Assembly (NCBI GenBank): GCA_965178125.1
Contig: OZ237747.1
Span: 124,001-188,000, forward strand
Origin: Bilabrum cf. latius
Taxonomy: Eukaryota
Direction: 5' to 3'
Length of the DNA: 64,000 bases
The notes beneath the pieces were generated by a model. The model searched no databases. It was not told where the DNA came from and saw only the letters and a program-made list of their open reading frames with translations. Each line of letters starts with the position of its first letter. Position 1 is the first letter of the stretch. The translations under genes were made by a program, and so were the position numbers. Below, in pieces: positions 1 to 12,526 of the stretch.

Positions 1-2
1 CT

Positions 3-3000
3 CACCGCCGCTTCAGCCCGAGGTTCGTCTCGGTCAAGCACGCGCAGGGCCGCGTGTTTGCACTCACGAGCGGCGGCACCGTGGTCTGGTGGCCCGACGT
101 GCGGCACGCGCAGCTGGCGCGGGCCAGCAGTCGCTCTCTGTCTGGCGAGCGGGCGCCAGGGGGAGACCCCGGGGCCCGAGGGAGGGGCGGGGAAGGTGCA
201 ACGGGACATGGGGGGGAGTCCCATCGGTTCGCGTGCCGCATCGCGGGCGCGCCCCGAGTGGTGGCCAGGAAGCTGCCGCTGGCTGGCACCGCGCTGCGGG
301 TGCAGGGGCGGCCGCCCGTTGCCTGCCTGCAGCCAGGCGACTCGCTGCATGGATATCCCGTGACCACCACCTGGGCCAGCATGGCGGACGCGCCCAGAGC
401 CTTTCCCATCTCGCTGGCCGATGGGAGCCAGGGAAGACAGGAGAACACGGCGCACATATACGGGAGCCGCGGGAAGGCGGCCCTTGCTGTGTCCTAGTCT
501 TCCAGAGGGATTTCTGCCGAGGCGGCGCTGGTGCCGCTGCGGGGCACTGGCAGGGACAGGGGGGCGCAGGGAGGCGCGGGCGGGGGCCCAGCCAGGCATC
601 CGGGGCTGGAGCAGGTACCACCAGGGAGCCAGGGGGCGGGCGTGGGTGTGGCCCCTGACGGGAGCTCTCACCGTGTGTCGAGGGCAGCCACAGCGGCGGT
701 GGTGGAACACACCGGGGACGAGGCCGGTGTTGGTGTTGGGGTGGGGGAGCTGACCGGGGCGGGGCAGCGCGGGGAGAGCCCTGCTCTGGAGGAGGGGGGC
801 GTTGGCAGCGGGGCTGATGGGTCCTCTCCTCTGAAGCGGCGGTCGATCTTCGCTGGGATCGTGTCCGCAGTGGGCAGCGCGTTCGGGAGCGGGTCCAGCA
901 GTAGGAGATCGGCCGCCATCGGCCAGGCGCAGCAGTCGTCCCCTGCCCGTGCCCTCGCCGCGGCCTCGGGCTAGAGCGGGCAGGAGGGGGGGGCCGAGGA
1001 TAGCCCGAAGAGGACCCGCTCCTCGACCGGCTCGGACGCACGGCCTCCCTCGGGGCAGAGCCCGGAGGGCACTCCGGCCAGGGAACAGCGCGGAGGGCCA
1101 GGGGTAGGGTCCCGGTCTCGATCGCGAGGTGGCTCCGAGGGAGGCAGCCACTCTTCGGACGGTGGCAGAACGCCTGAACACGGGGAGAGAGAGAGGGTCC
1201 GCAGCGACGGGCAGCGGCCTCACCAGGCCGGGCGGTCACCCTCAGCTCCGTCTGCTTCCTCGATGCAGGCGGCCAGGCAGCCCGCGAGGAGACCGTGCGT
1301 AGTTCCCTGTCCCTCGCAGCCCAGCCGCTCGCTGCAGCGGGCCAACGCGCTGGTGGTGCGGGTGCGCGACATGTTCGTGGCCGGGGGCAGGCTCGGGTGC
1401 GTGGCGCAGCTCCTGTCCAGCCGCACCAGCCGACGGGTCGATCTGCTCCTGTTCGCGTTCAGCGCAAAGGAGCTGAGGGCGGCGGCCGAGGCGCCGCACG
1501 GGCACGAAGACCTGTCCCCAGGGGGCGCCGGGGGAGAGAGCGGAGCCAGCAGCTCGGTGTTTGCCGGCAGGCCCTAGCTTGATCAGTTGGAGGAGGACCA
1601 GGAGTTGGTGCTTGTGCCCTGCCACGCGACTGTGAGGCAGCCAGTGGAGCAGGGGCAGGCGCAGGGGCAGGGGTCCAGAGCGGGCGGAGGGGGATCGGGA
1701 CAGGGTGCGAGAAGGCGATGGGTGCCTGGGCAACCAGCGATCGGGAGAGCAGCAGCGGACGCTGTGGTCAGGCAGGAGGGCGAGGAGGGGTCCGTAGGCG
1801 GCGGGGGCGCGCTGATGGCGTGCAGCAAGACTATGGGCGTGCTGGTGGCAGATGCTTCTGCTCTTCGCCTGTACTGGCACGCTGACGTTATGATGGCAAG
1901 GCGCCGGAGGGACTCGCCCTCCGCTGGCGAGTCCTCCAACCAGCAGGAGGAGCAGGAAGCACGGGAACGGGGCAGAGACAGAGACAGAGACAGGGACGGG
2001 CACGCGTCCCAGAGAGCGAGGCGGCCCCGTGGCTCCGCTGTGGTCCGTAGCACTGATCAGTGGGCGGGCGCCGGTGGATCCGGACCTCCCGCCCACGACG
2101 GCCCCCCCTCGTCCTCTCCCTCGGTCTCCTCTGGCGATGGAAGAACCCGCGCACCTGGGGACCGGCAGCAGGCACCGGTGCTGGCCGCCTGCCTCCCGCG
2201 CGTGTTCCTGCCCCTCCGAAGCCTCCGGCGTCCCTCCAACGGTGGGGAGACGGTGCTGGGGCTGGACGTGGCATGCGGCACTGTGGCGGCCACCACGCTC
2301 ACAGGGGAGGCCCAGGTGTGGCAGCCCGGGTGCGACTGGGCCAGGGCGGGGGCGGAGGCACTCTGGCGAGCCTGTCTGTCAAGGGGGGCCCCGGAAGCGG
2401 CCGCGGTGAGCAGGGCGGCAGAGGCCCGGTCCCGCGGTTCCCTGGGGGCGGCCTCCGTGGGGACCCAGGCGAACGAACTCCCTCTGTGGGTGAAGCCCCC
2501 CGTGGGGAGCCGCTTTGATGCCGCTGCGGTGGTGCCGCCAGCACCAGGGGCGGGTGCCGGCGCTAGCCCGTCGGTGTGGCTGTCGCAGGTGCCCAACACC
2601 ATGCGGGCCATCCTCGCGGCACACAGGGCGCCGGCACTCCCCCGGAGCCTGCTGCCTTGGACCCGTGCCGAGGGCGCGGCCATGGCTGCCTCCCTGGCGG
2701 CCTGCAATCGTCACATGGACCGGCGCCGTGCGCTGACCTCGGACGACCCTACGATCACGGGCCGCATGTCCCTGGCCGCACTCGCCTCCCTCGCAGACAG
2801 GATCGCACTGGGGCCCGCGAGCAGCGGGGGTGGTGCGCGCGGTGGCGGCCCGAGGGCACCCCACCCGGGGGGGCAGGCCACCAGCGGGGTGGGCCGCAGG
2901 CAGAGCGCCGTGGTGCAGCAGCAGCACCAGCGGCTGGCCTCCCGGCGGCAGTCGGGCGGGTGGACTTTGCACGGGGAAGAGGACGATGTGCCGGCGGGGA

Positions 3001-6000
3001 GGCGCCCCTGGCTGCACTGGAGCCGGTGCGCGGCCCCCATCGGGCTAGAGGCCAGGCGCAGCGAGCACGAGGCCAGCGAGGCAGACGTAGGAGGGGAGCG
3101 TGGAGGTGCTGGGGGGCCTCGCGAGGGTGGTTTAGGCAGCCGGGGCGCACCCATGAGCGGACATCCCAGCTCGATCTCAGGCAGTGGTGTCGTCGCTGAC
3201 GGCCCGGGGGTGGACAGCGCCCTTCGAGAGCGCCTCACGAGGTCTGCTCACCTGGCCAGCATGTCTGCCAGCATGCTGGAGGCAGCGCGGCAGATCTATG
3301 AGAGGGTGGGGCTGGAGCCCGCGCTGCGGCCCGGCGTGTGGGCAGTGGTGCTGGACCTGAAGCTGTGCCTGCTGCGGCACGATGCTGCGCTCCGGAGGGC
3401 CCGACTGCAGAGGGCGCGGGCGAGGGCGAGGGCGCGGGGGGCATCGAGGGGGTCCCAGGGGGGCACAGGGGGGGCCGGGCCAGGTGAGCCGACTCGAGGA
3501 GGGGATGGCGGACGTGATGTTGAGGACGAGGACCAAGACCAGGGCGAGGACTAGCAGAGGGGGTCGCGGCCCATTGCCATTGGCGGGGGGAGGGAGGGGA
3601 CGAGTGCAGCGAGGCAGGCCTCCCCGTCAAAGCCGCTCTAGTCCCAGTCCCAGTCTCGATCATCGGCCTCCCCGGGCGGAAGCAGCCCGGCCCCCGCCGC
3701 GCCCCTGCACCTTTCCGGAGACGACCCCAGCAGCTCCCTGGTGCTGGGGGGCCCGCAGTTCGCGCGCCTCTCCCGAGTGGTCAGCCGCAGGGCGGAGAGA
3801 CTCGTGCTTGCCGCACAGGAGGCGCAGTCCGAGGCGCAGGAAGAGGAGCTATTTCCCGGGTCTGGGGCGGCGGCGGCGCTGTCCACCTCGGAGCGGGCCG
3901 CGGCGGCCGGCATGTCCGAGGGCGTGCTGCACTTCCTGGTGGACTGCGTGGGCATGCGGGACGCCGCAGACCCGGTCTGCGAGGCCCAGCGGCTGCTGCC
4001 CGAGGCCTTCCTCTCCTCGACCCAGGGAACGGGGTGGGGCCTCCCGGGGAGCCCCGGGCCCACGAGCCCCCTCATGCCATCGCCCCACGTGGGTCCCATG
4101 GCCCCCGCACCGGCCCTGCCGCCCCCCGCGCCCATGGCCGGCCTGGGCGTGCAGGCGCGGGCAGGCACTAGCGTGGACAGCAGCAGCACGTCGATCGCGG
4201 GCTCGAGCCTGGCCACGGGCAAGGGCACGGCCGGCAAGGGGCCTGCAGGGCTCGACGGCTGGGACGCGTTGGAGGCGGAGGGGCTGGGCGTGGGGCAAGG
4301 AGGGGCTCGTGCCGGGGCGGGGCGCAGCCAGCAGCTCGTGTCATCTATCCCTCGGGCGCAGCAGGGCGTGGTCTCCGGCGGGGGCCTGGGGGCCATGGGC
4401 ATGGGCATGGGCATGTTCGGGCTTGGCCTGGGGCTGGCAGGAGGGCAGCACACCTCTCGTCCCAAGGGCCAGTCGCCCTACAGCGCCACTGCCAGCGGGG
4501 TGCAGGACGACACCGCCCTCGCGATGAGGGTGGTGCAGATGACGAGGCAACGCATGGCCAGCGCCGCCGTGTCGGGGGCTGCGGGCCGGGGCGCAGCGGG
4601 CGACATGCGCGGGGCATGGATTAGGACGCCGACCGGCAGCCCGCAGCGGGCGAGTGCCCGGTAGCAGCAGCAGCATCAGCAGCCGCTCTCGGCCAGGGGT
4701 GCCGCGCGCCGTGTTTCCAGCGGTGGTCCTGCCGGCAGGGGTCCGCTTCGAGCAGCCCCCGAGGACCCCCTGGGGATCGGGCCCCCAAGTGGGGGACCCG
4801 GGGGTCTGCAGCGCGCCGCCACGCACTCTGCCCTGCTTGGCTCCAGGCGGCAGGGGGATCCAGAGGACGCAGCGGGGTCCAGAGCGGGGGGCGGGGGAGC
4901 CTTCGGGTGGAGGCCAGCGCTGGATCGCGGGGCCGCAGGGGAGCGGCAGGGGCCCAGGGTGGGGCTGCACCGGGGCCCAATGGGTGCCGGTGGCCTGGGC
5001 CGACTGGGTCAGTCGATGCCTGCGGACCGGCCAGGCGCGCTGCAGCGGTCCCGCGCCCTGGCAGTGATGCCCGAGTCGGTCGTCGAGGAGCATGAGGGCG
5101 AGCATGCGGACGGAGACGGGGGTGGCGGCGGCATTTAGGGTGATGTTGGCGGTGGTGTTGGCGGCTCTGGAGGACGTCTGGGTGGCGGGAGGGGGAGAGG
5201 GGGGGGGGCACTGCGGATCGGCGGTACCAGGAGCAGGACAGGCGACGGTATGTCTCCTGTAGGCAGTGCCGCGCGGGCGCAGGCCATGAGCAGCGGAAGC
5301 GAGAGCGGCAGCGAGGAGGAGGACGAGGAGGAGGAGGAGGAGGAGCACGGAGACAGGCAGAGCGACGGGAGGGCGAGCGGCAGCGAGGAGGAGGACGAGG
5401 AGGAGGAGGAGGAGGAGCACGGAGACAGGCAGAGCGACGGGAGGGCGAGCGTGGGCATGGGCAGCGGGGAGGATCAGGGGCACTAGGGTGACGAGGCAGT
5501 CGCTGGAGATGCCTCCATGCTGGAGGCGGAGGCAGAGCGGAGCACAGGTGGCGCGCTTGGGTCCAAGCACGGACCGCAGGATCAGGACGGGATGGGCACG
5601 GGGATCGGGGCGGATGACGCGACTGCCACTGCGTCTCGGCCCGGGAGAGGTGGAGTGGACGACGACGGCGCCTCGGTGGCCGCCACTGCCGTGCTGGGAC
5701 TGCAGGGACTCAGCCGGGACGATGACGGGAGCGGTGAGCTCATGCATGGCCCCGGCCCCAGTAGCAGTGGCAGCGGCAGTGGCAGGCAGGGCGCCTCTCC
5801 GCTGCGCAGGTCCGTGTCCGCACTGGGGATGGGAGACCTGGCCCGCGTGCGGGATGCCTCTGTCCGGTCTAGTGTGGAGGTACTGCGCATGCGCCGTGTG
5901 GGCGGGGGGGACGGCGACGAGGCCCTCCGTCGCATGGCCCGCACGCTGTCCGAGGACCTGCCGCGCACCTTCCGACCCATGGGTCTCTTCCACTCCCCCG

Positions 6001-6974
6001 AGTGCCCTTTCTTCGGCCGCGTGAAGAGGACACTCCTCGCCCTCGCGGTGTGGGACCCCAAGACGGGGTACGTGCAGGGCCTGCACTTCCTGGCCGCGCT
6101 CACGGCGGTGGCCACGGCCAGAGGCACGGACGCGGAGAGCTTCCGGCTGCTCGCGGTGCTGACGAGGGAGCCGGTGCTGCGGGGGCTGCTGCGCGTGGAG
6201 TTTTCCGTGTTCCAGGGGCTGTGTTCCTTGTTCGACCGCCTGCTGGCGGAGACCCAGCCTGCGCTGGCCAAGCACCTGGGGGGCCTTGGCATCACGAGCG
6301 ACCTATTCCTCTTCGCCTGGGCCTAGAGCCTGTTCCTCAAGGCACTCCCCATGCACGCCGCCCTGCACGTGGTGGACGCCTTCTTGGTGCACGGGCCCAG
6401 GGCACTCCTGGCTGCAGCCGATGCGGTGCTGCGGCAGCTCGCTGCCCTGCTGCTGCGGAGCGACTTCGAGGCGGCGCTGAGAACGCTGACAGTGGGGGCT
6501 GCGAGCCACGCGATGCTGCTGGGGGACGGGGACGGGGGGGCTGCCGCGGGGGAGGAGGACAGCCCCAGTCCCGGGGGTCACGAGTGGGCCTCGATCGACG
6601 GGGTGCTGCTGCAGGAGAGGCTGAGGTCGCTGCACCGGTGGATGCCGGGCTGGGCCGTGGACGAGCTCCGATCGATCGAGGAGAGCCAGATGCCTCACGA
6701 TGGAGCGGGTGCGGGCGCGTCCGGAGAGGGCGAAGGAGACGGGCCTGACTCGCACTGGCTCGCGGAGTTTGGGGTGCGTGTGGAGCGAGTGGTGGTGCAG
6801 GCCGCCTGCGAGGGGCTGTGGGAGGGACTAGGCGCGGGGGCTGCCGCGGGGAGGGCAGGGGGCCAGAGCAAGGCGAGTCCGGGAAAGGGACAGGGAGGAC
6901 GAGGCAGTCAGCGGGAGCCGTCGGGTGATGCGGAGACTGCAGGTCTGGACCTGATGATGGCTGCCATCTCGTGA
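3..6974 (+). CDS. Very large low-complexity protein with C-terminal TBC (Rab-GAP) domain; 5'-partial, >2,300 aa with TAG=Gln
   Basis: ORFs 54, 531, 1263, 1587, 3741, 5250, 5517 and 6351 share one frame, broken only by TAG (495, 972, 1575, 3552, 3639, 4662, 5136, 5484, 6324); ends TGA 6972-6974. TBC motifs LSEDLPRTF, GYVQGLHFLAA and FAWA[TAG]SLFLKALP...VVDAFLVHG run straight across the TAG at 6324. Confidence 0.85.
5304..5450 (+). repeat. In-frame 72-bp tandem duplication (2 x SGSEEEDEEEEEEEHGDRQSDGRA)
   Basis: Identical units start at 5304 and 5376 inside the TBC gene. Confidence 0.9.
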
Positions 6975-7072
6975 CGAAGGCGACTCGGAATCACGGCCGA
7001 CCGGCCAGCCCTGGCTTGACCCTATAGATCTCAACACACATTGCACGCAACAGTCAGGCAGCTATCTCTGAA

Positions 7073-8424
7073 ATGCTGCGAATCGTCTGTCTCTTACCCG
7101 CACTTTTCATGGCGTGCATAGCCGTGGGCAACCCAATTCGCAGCCGCTACTTGTGAGAGTGCGCAATAACATGTACCTCAAGACTTTCAGACTACCTTTC
7201 TTTCCGTACGCAACAGCTATTCTATATCGTACACCTACACTGCAGCGAGTAGCTGTTTTCTTTCGGGGAAGCCCGCCGGGATTCGGCAAACGGGACCTTG
7301 GAGATGCTGTTCGGGGTGCCAGTCTTTCGAATCAATATTAAGGCATTCGGTATCGAGGAAAAAGCATTCAATCAGTAGTTAGCAGCCATTATTATGCACA
7401 ACTACAGGGAAGTTATTATAGTGAGCCGGTTGCGGTGTGGTGATCTGTCGTCTGTGCGATCTCGGAATCAAGTGCTCGCCTCGTGGTCGCTTCGATTTTC
7501 GGTGCGCAGAGATAGTCACAGGCCATCATGGAAAAAGCAAATGAGATTGAAGAAGAGGACAACATGCGACGACGGGGCCCTCCGATTGACGGATCGATGG
7601 CCTTGCCGGCCCCGCAGGCGAGGGGAGACTACTTCGGTTCGGTGCACCGCGGGCAGGCCGTGTCTAGCATCGATGACGACGAAATCGAAAGCTCCGTTGG
7701 TCTAAATAGGAGCAATGAGTCGTCTGTTGCCAATATTAATGATGCCAGCGCTCTGCCGTCTGGTGAGGACCCCACTGCCAGGCTCGGCGGCGACAGGTCC
7801 AAATTCAACGACGCTTTCTTCCACTGGCAATCCGACGGAGGGTTTCGCAAGGTATTTTCAAAGTATAGGGCCTTCAAGAAGCTAAAGTACCTGCAAGCAG
7901 TGGCCGCCGACACTTTCATGGACGCCCTGGGCTCGACCCCCATGTTTCGGGGGACTACTCGCCGCACCATGCCGGACTTGCAGTCCTGGGCCACGGTGCA
8001 CTCGGACTGCGTGTTCCATGGGCCACACAACCACGGAGAGATCCTTCTCTCCGGTGTGTACTACGTGAGGGTGCCGCCTGGGGCAGGAGACCTGCAGCTG
8101 CATGACCCGCGGGGCCCGCACGGCCCCTTTTAGACTCGGCTCAGCCTGCAGCCGAGGGCGGGCGACTTCGTGCTGTTCCCCTCTTACCTCGTGCACCAGG
8201 TACAGCCGAGCCAGTCCAGCGCGGATGATCCGCGCATCTCGGTCGCGATGAACGTGGGCGAGTCTGGCATGAACGAGCAGGACACGGTGCCCAAGGAGTT
8301 CATGGGCTGGCCCGTGCGCATGCCCACGGCCATCGAGAAGAAGGGCACCGTGGGGCGGGGCTTGCGCTCTTTGGAGGGGATGAAGGCGCTGCTGCGAGAG
8401 GGGGGCATCCCGGATGCGATGTGA
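7073..8424 (+). CDS. Putative 2OG-Fe(II) oxygenase (TIGR02466-like) with signal peptide; join(7073..7152,7246..7420,7510..8424), ~389 aa
   Basis: Hydrophobic N-terminus MLRIVCLLPALFMACIAVG; motifs LFGVPVFR, SWATVH, PHNHGEILLSGVYYV, LHDPR, FVLFPSYLVHQV, RISVAMN. Two GT-AG introns (93 and 89 nt) restore the frame. In-frame TAG at 7250, 7376, 7513, 8131; stop TGA. Confidence 0.8.
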
Positions 8425-8731
8425 TGTGATGTGCTACTGCTGGCAGTGGCAGTCCCACTGCCTTGCAGTACAGAGGTGTCCGGGCCATTCGCTGCACTTG
8501 AAGCGAGCGGCTGCGCGTTGCAAACGGTCACGCCGTAATTAGGCGCCTATTTGCTCATGCACCAGGCCCTTACCGTCAGTTCTTGCTCGAGGGTCTAGTT
8601 TCTTGGTGTTTTGTAGCGTGTAGTTATTCCGTTTCCTTGGATCCGTAATCGTGCAGGAACGGACATTCAATCCTGACTGGTGTCCTACAGGGTCGATTGC
8701 CCCAGTCCTTTCCGGTGTTAACTGCATACAC

Positions 8732-11700
8732 ATGGGATAGGGTGTTGCTGTGCCAGGACAGCCGGGTGGTTCGAGTCAGTCAGGTGGGAGCCAGGCCCCG
8801 CATGGCTCGTAGCAACCACCGTCGGGGCCGCAATCGGCCCCATCAGACGCTCAAGGCTTGGTAGGCGACATGATCATGCGAATAAGTGCGGACATGCGGC
8901 CGCCGCGCGCTCGTAGATAGACGAGTGGCCCACCACCAGGCGGCGCTGCTGCAGATTTAGATGCCATGTTGCAATCGCGTGTGGAGCGCTTGGAGCGTTC
9001 GCGTAAGTGGCAAGTTGATTGTGCAGGTAATTATATTGCTTTAAGTACTTAGCTTTGGAGGTATGTATGTACATGAGCCGCTTCATTCCCACCGCAGGTG
9101 CCAGACGAGGTTCGGGTCGGCGCTCGCCTGGTCTCGGCGGCAGCGACGACGAGAGAGCGGCTCGCCGTAGAGGGAGCAGCTTGCGGGGCCCGACTGCGGA
9201 ACACGCAGACTCTGAGGGCTGGGTTCTTGTAGCCCCAGGAGACGAGGAAAGACCTCAGGAGGGTGGCAGTTCAGCGGCCAGGGGCCCACCAGCTGAGTTT
9301 GGCGGGCGCGGGCGTCGCCGGAGCCGAGGCGGGAGTAGCTCGGAGAGGGGGCGCGGGGGTGGTCGCGGACGCGACCGTAGGGACCGCGGGGGCCTCGTTG
9401 TGGAGGAGGCCGGTTCTGACCCTGGGGCCGGTCGTGAGGGCAGCGGCAGGGGCAGGGGCAGGGGCGGTGGACGCAGAGAGAGACGAGGGAGTAGAGGTGG
9501 TACGCGGGGTCGATACAAGCCGCCAGGGCGCGGCCGTGTGCGATTTGAACGTGCCCCGTCTTCATCATAGACTCGAGCTGCCCTCCTGCAGTCGATCCAA
9601 TCGAGGGAGTTAGAGTCGCCTTGGGCAGGTGGGGCCAGCGGCGGTGAGGAGGAGGAGGAGGAGGAAGCGGGGCAAGGAGAAGAAGAGGACCCAGCGGCGG
9701 TGCGGCGCGCAGCTCGCAGGGCAGAGCGCCTCCGCAGGGAACAGGAGCGCGCGGCCCGGAGGCAGGCCGCGGAGGCCCGCGCCAAGGCCCGGGCAGTTGC
9801 GAGGGCGGGCCGAGAGAGGGTAGAGAGGGACGCTCAGGAGGCAGAGGCGCGCATGCGTCGTGAGAGAGAGCACGAGCGGGCAGCTGCACTCCGCGCCGCT
9901 CTCTCCTCTCGGGTGGGCTCGCGCTCGGGCTCGGGCTCGGGTTCGGGTCCGAGTCACCGGCCCAACCCCGGGGAGGGCTTCCGTGAGTTCATGGAGCGCA
10001 TGCAGGCCATGCGTGCGGGGAGTGGGTCTGGGTCTGGGTCTGGGTCCGACGGGAGCGGTGCTTCAAGGAATAGCGAGGACGACGGTGGCATGGCCAGTCA
10101 GCTGCGGCGGGCCATGGAGAGGCACCATGGCAGTAGGGGCGGGGGCATCGGCAGCAGGCACGCGGCAGCCATCGCGGCGTAGGAGCAGGCGATGCTGGCG
10201 CAGGCGCTGGCGGCATCTGCCCGGGAGGCAGGCACCTCTGTGGACCTGTCTTCCCTGGGGGGGCGGGGCCAGGGCGGGCGGCCTCCTCGGCTGCCCGGCA
10301 TGATGGCGCAGGAGCGGGTGCTGGGTCGGCTGCAGGCCAGCAACTCGGGGCTCATGGGCCTCTTCGGCGGGCCGTCCTCGCCCACCGCAGTGGGCCCCGG
10401 GGCGCACCCCTCCTCCCGGGACGGAGCCCCATTGGGCGAGCTGGCCACTTTCACCCGCAGCGGGGTGGCGGTCAAGGGGAGCCCGGCGGCCACGAGGTCC
10501 AGGGGCCGCAAGGACGGGCCCTCCCCCGCGGCCAGCACCGCTGCGTCCGTCGGTGTGGATGCACTGGGCGGGGATCAGGCGGGTGCTGGAGGGGACGATG
10601 AGTCGGCGGAGGACGCCGTGTGGCTGAAGCGCATGCACTCGGACGGTGTGTGGCGCTGGGAGCGGTACGTGGATGCCGAGGAAAACGGGGACGAGGACGT
10701 GGACGGGGGGAGCGGGGAGGATGCCAAGGGAGAGGATTCGAGCGGGGCTGGGTCTGGGGCGGGGACAACAACCAGCGGAGGAGGAGGAGGAAGCTCACCT
10801 GACAGCACAGACCCCACAGGGGCTGCAGCCGTACTGGCAGCGGGGTACGTGCGCGGCATCCGCGCGGACGGGACGCTCTGCTGGGTCCCTGCCGACGAGT
10901 ACGGCGCCTTTCAGGCGGCCGAGTACGAGAAGGCGAGGGAGGGAGCGAGCGAGGGGGGGGCGGCAAAGGCCAAGGCCGCGGGAGGAGCTGCCGCAGGCGG
11001 GGCGGGGGCGGGCATGTCGGCGGAGGAAGCGGCAGCGGCGGCCCGGTCAGCTGCCCTGCCCACCCCTGCGACGATGGTGCGGCAGGAGAGCGTGGAGCGC
11101 AAGATGAGCGGCATCTCGAGCTCCAGCTTCGACCGAGCGGCCTCACTTCGGTTCGAGGACAAGGTGTCCTGGTTCCGGCGGCAGGTGCAGCAGCTGCGGA
11201 TCAAGTACGAGGATGGGCGCATCGAGGTGCACGCGGACAGGGAGAGGCCGCTGCAGTCCGTGTTCGAGCGATTCAGGAGCCTGGCCCCGCGGGACATGCG
11301 CCGGACCTTCCGGGTCAAGTACAAGGGCGAGAAGGGGGAGGACGCGGGGGGGCTCCTGCGGGAGATGATGACCCAGGCCAGCGCAACGCTGTTCGACGTG
11401 AGCTCCGGACTGTTCACGCAGACGGGTGCGGCGGGACAGGCGTACTGGATCAACCCGCAGTCGCAGTTCGCGAACCCGTCTCACCTGGAGTACTTCTACT
11501 TCGCGGGGCGACTCATCGGTAAGGCGTTGCTGGACGGTGTGCTGATCCAGCCTCGGCTGAGCCCCGTGCTGCACAAGCACATCCTGGGGATCCCCGTGAG
11601 CCTCTCTGACATGGAGAGGGAGGACAGCGCGCTCTTCCGCAGCATGGTGAACGTGCTACGGATGGACCCTGACGACCTCGAGTACCTCTGTCTGACCATG

Positions 11701-12330
11701 AGCTTCGACGAGGAGGTATTCGGGCAGAGGAGCAACGTCCCCCTGGTGCCTGGGGGTGCGGACATCGAGGTGGACGGGTCCAACCGAGCGCAGTACGTGC
11801 AGCTGCGGCTGAGGCACCGGCTGGTGGATTCCATCGCGAGGCAGCTGAGCCACATGCTGGCGGGCATCTACGAGATCGTGCCCGAGCGGCTTCTAGCCGT
11901 GTTTGACCACGTCGAGCTGGACCTGCTGCTCAGCGGGCTGCCCACCGTGGACGTGTCTGACTGGAAGGCACACACCAAGTACGACAAGTGCGCGGCCAGC
12001 TCCAAGCACGTGCAGTGGTTCTGGGAAGAGGTGGAGGCCATGGACGGGGCGGAGCGAGCCAAGCTGCTGCAGATCGCCACGGGGTCCTCCCGCGCCCCTG
12101 CTGGCGGTTTCGCCCGCATGACCAGCTACGACAACAAGCCGTGCAAGTTCACCATCCGCAGCTCGGGGGAGCCGATCGGCGAGGGGGCGGCGGCTGTGCC
12201 ATTCCCGACTTTCTCGACGTGCTACTTGCGCTGCTACCTGCCCGTGTACAGAACCAGGGAACAGCTGAGGGAGAGGCTCCGGGGCACGCTCAAGCTGGAG
12301 ATCCGCAAGGCGGCCTTCACGGAGGACTGA
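8732..12330 (+). CDS. HECT-domain E3 ubiquitin ligase; join(8732..9002,9098..12330), ~1,167 aa
   Basis: HECT motifs VKYKGEKGEDAGGLLRE, YFYFAGRLIGKAL, VQWFWE, LLQIATGSSRAP, catalytic region PTFSTCY, C-terminal FTED-TGA. Intron 9003-9097 (GTAAGT...CGCAG). In-frame TAG at 8738, 8810, 8918, 9568, 10180. UIM-like [TAG]EQAMLAQALAASA. Confidence 0.88.
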
Positions 12331-12526
12331 TTGGTGCAGCGAATTGAAATGGATTGGAAAAGCTGTGTTTGTAGCGGCATAAAGAGGGCGCCTGTCTCCG
12401 CGGGTCCGGATTTACCGATTCCGGAATCCGGACCAATCCGCACGTTACTACAATTCCGAATTTTTGATCAGCTGATGCCACGGCGCTTGTCGCTGTGAGA
12501 TTATCCCGCACAACTAGCATCACAGA

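Noticed and set aside
4341-6275. Long antisense or alternate-frame ORFs (e.g. 4341-6275 -, 44362-46263 +, 36355-37503 +, 41180-42436 +)
   Set aside because: Shadow ORFs expected in high-GC coding DNA; no recognisable motifs, and they overlap well-supported genes.
8760-8790. tRNA-like GGTTCGAGTC (T-loop/B-box) as a suppressor tRNA
   Set aside because: Lies within HECT exon 1 and no cloverleaf or CUA anticodon arm can be formed; no tRNA was recognised anywhere in the window.
12403-12434. 10-bp inverted repeat GGTCCGGATT/AATCCGGACC upstream of the YeeE gene as a terminator or ncRNA
   Set aside because: A single short hairpin with no U-tract or other support; may be chance.
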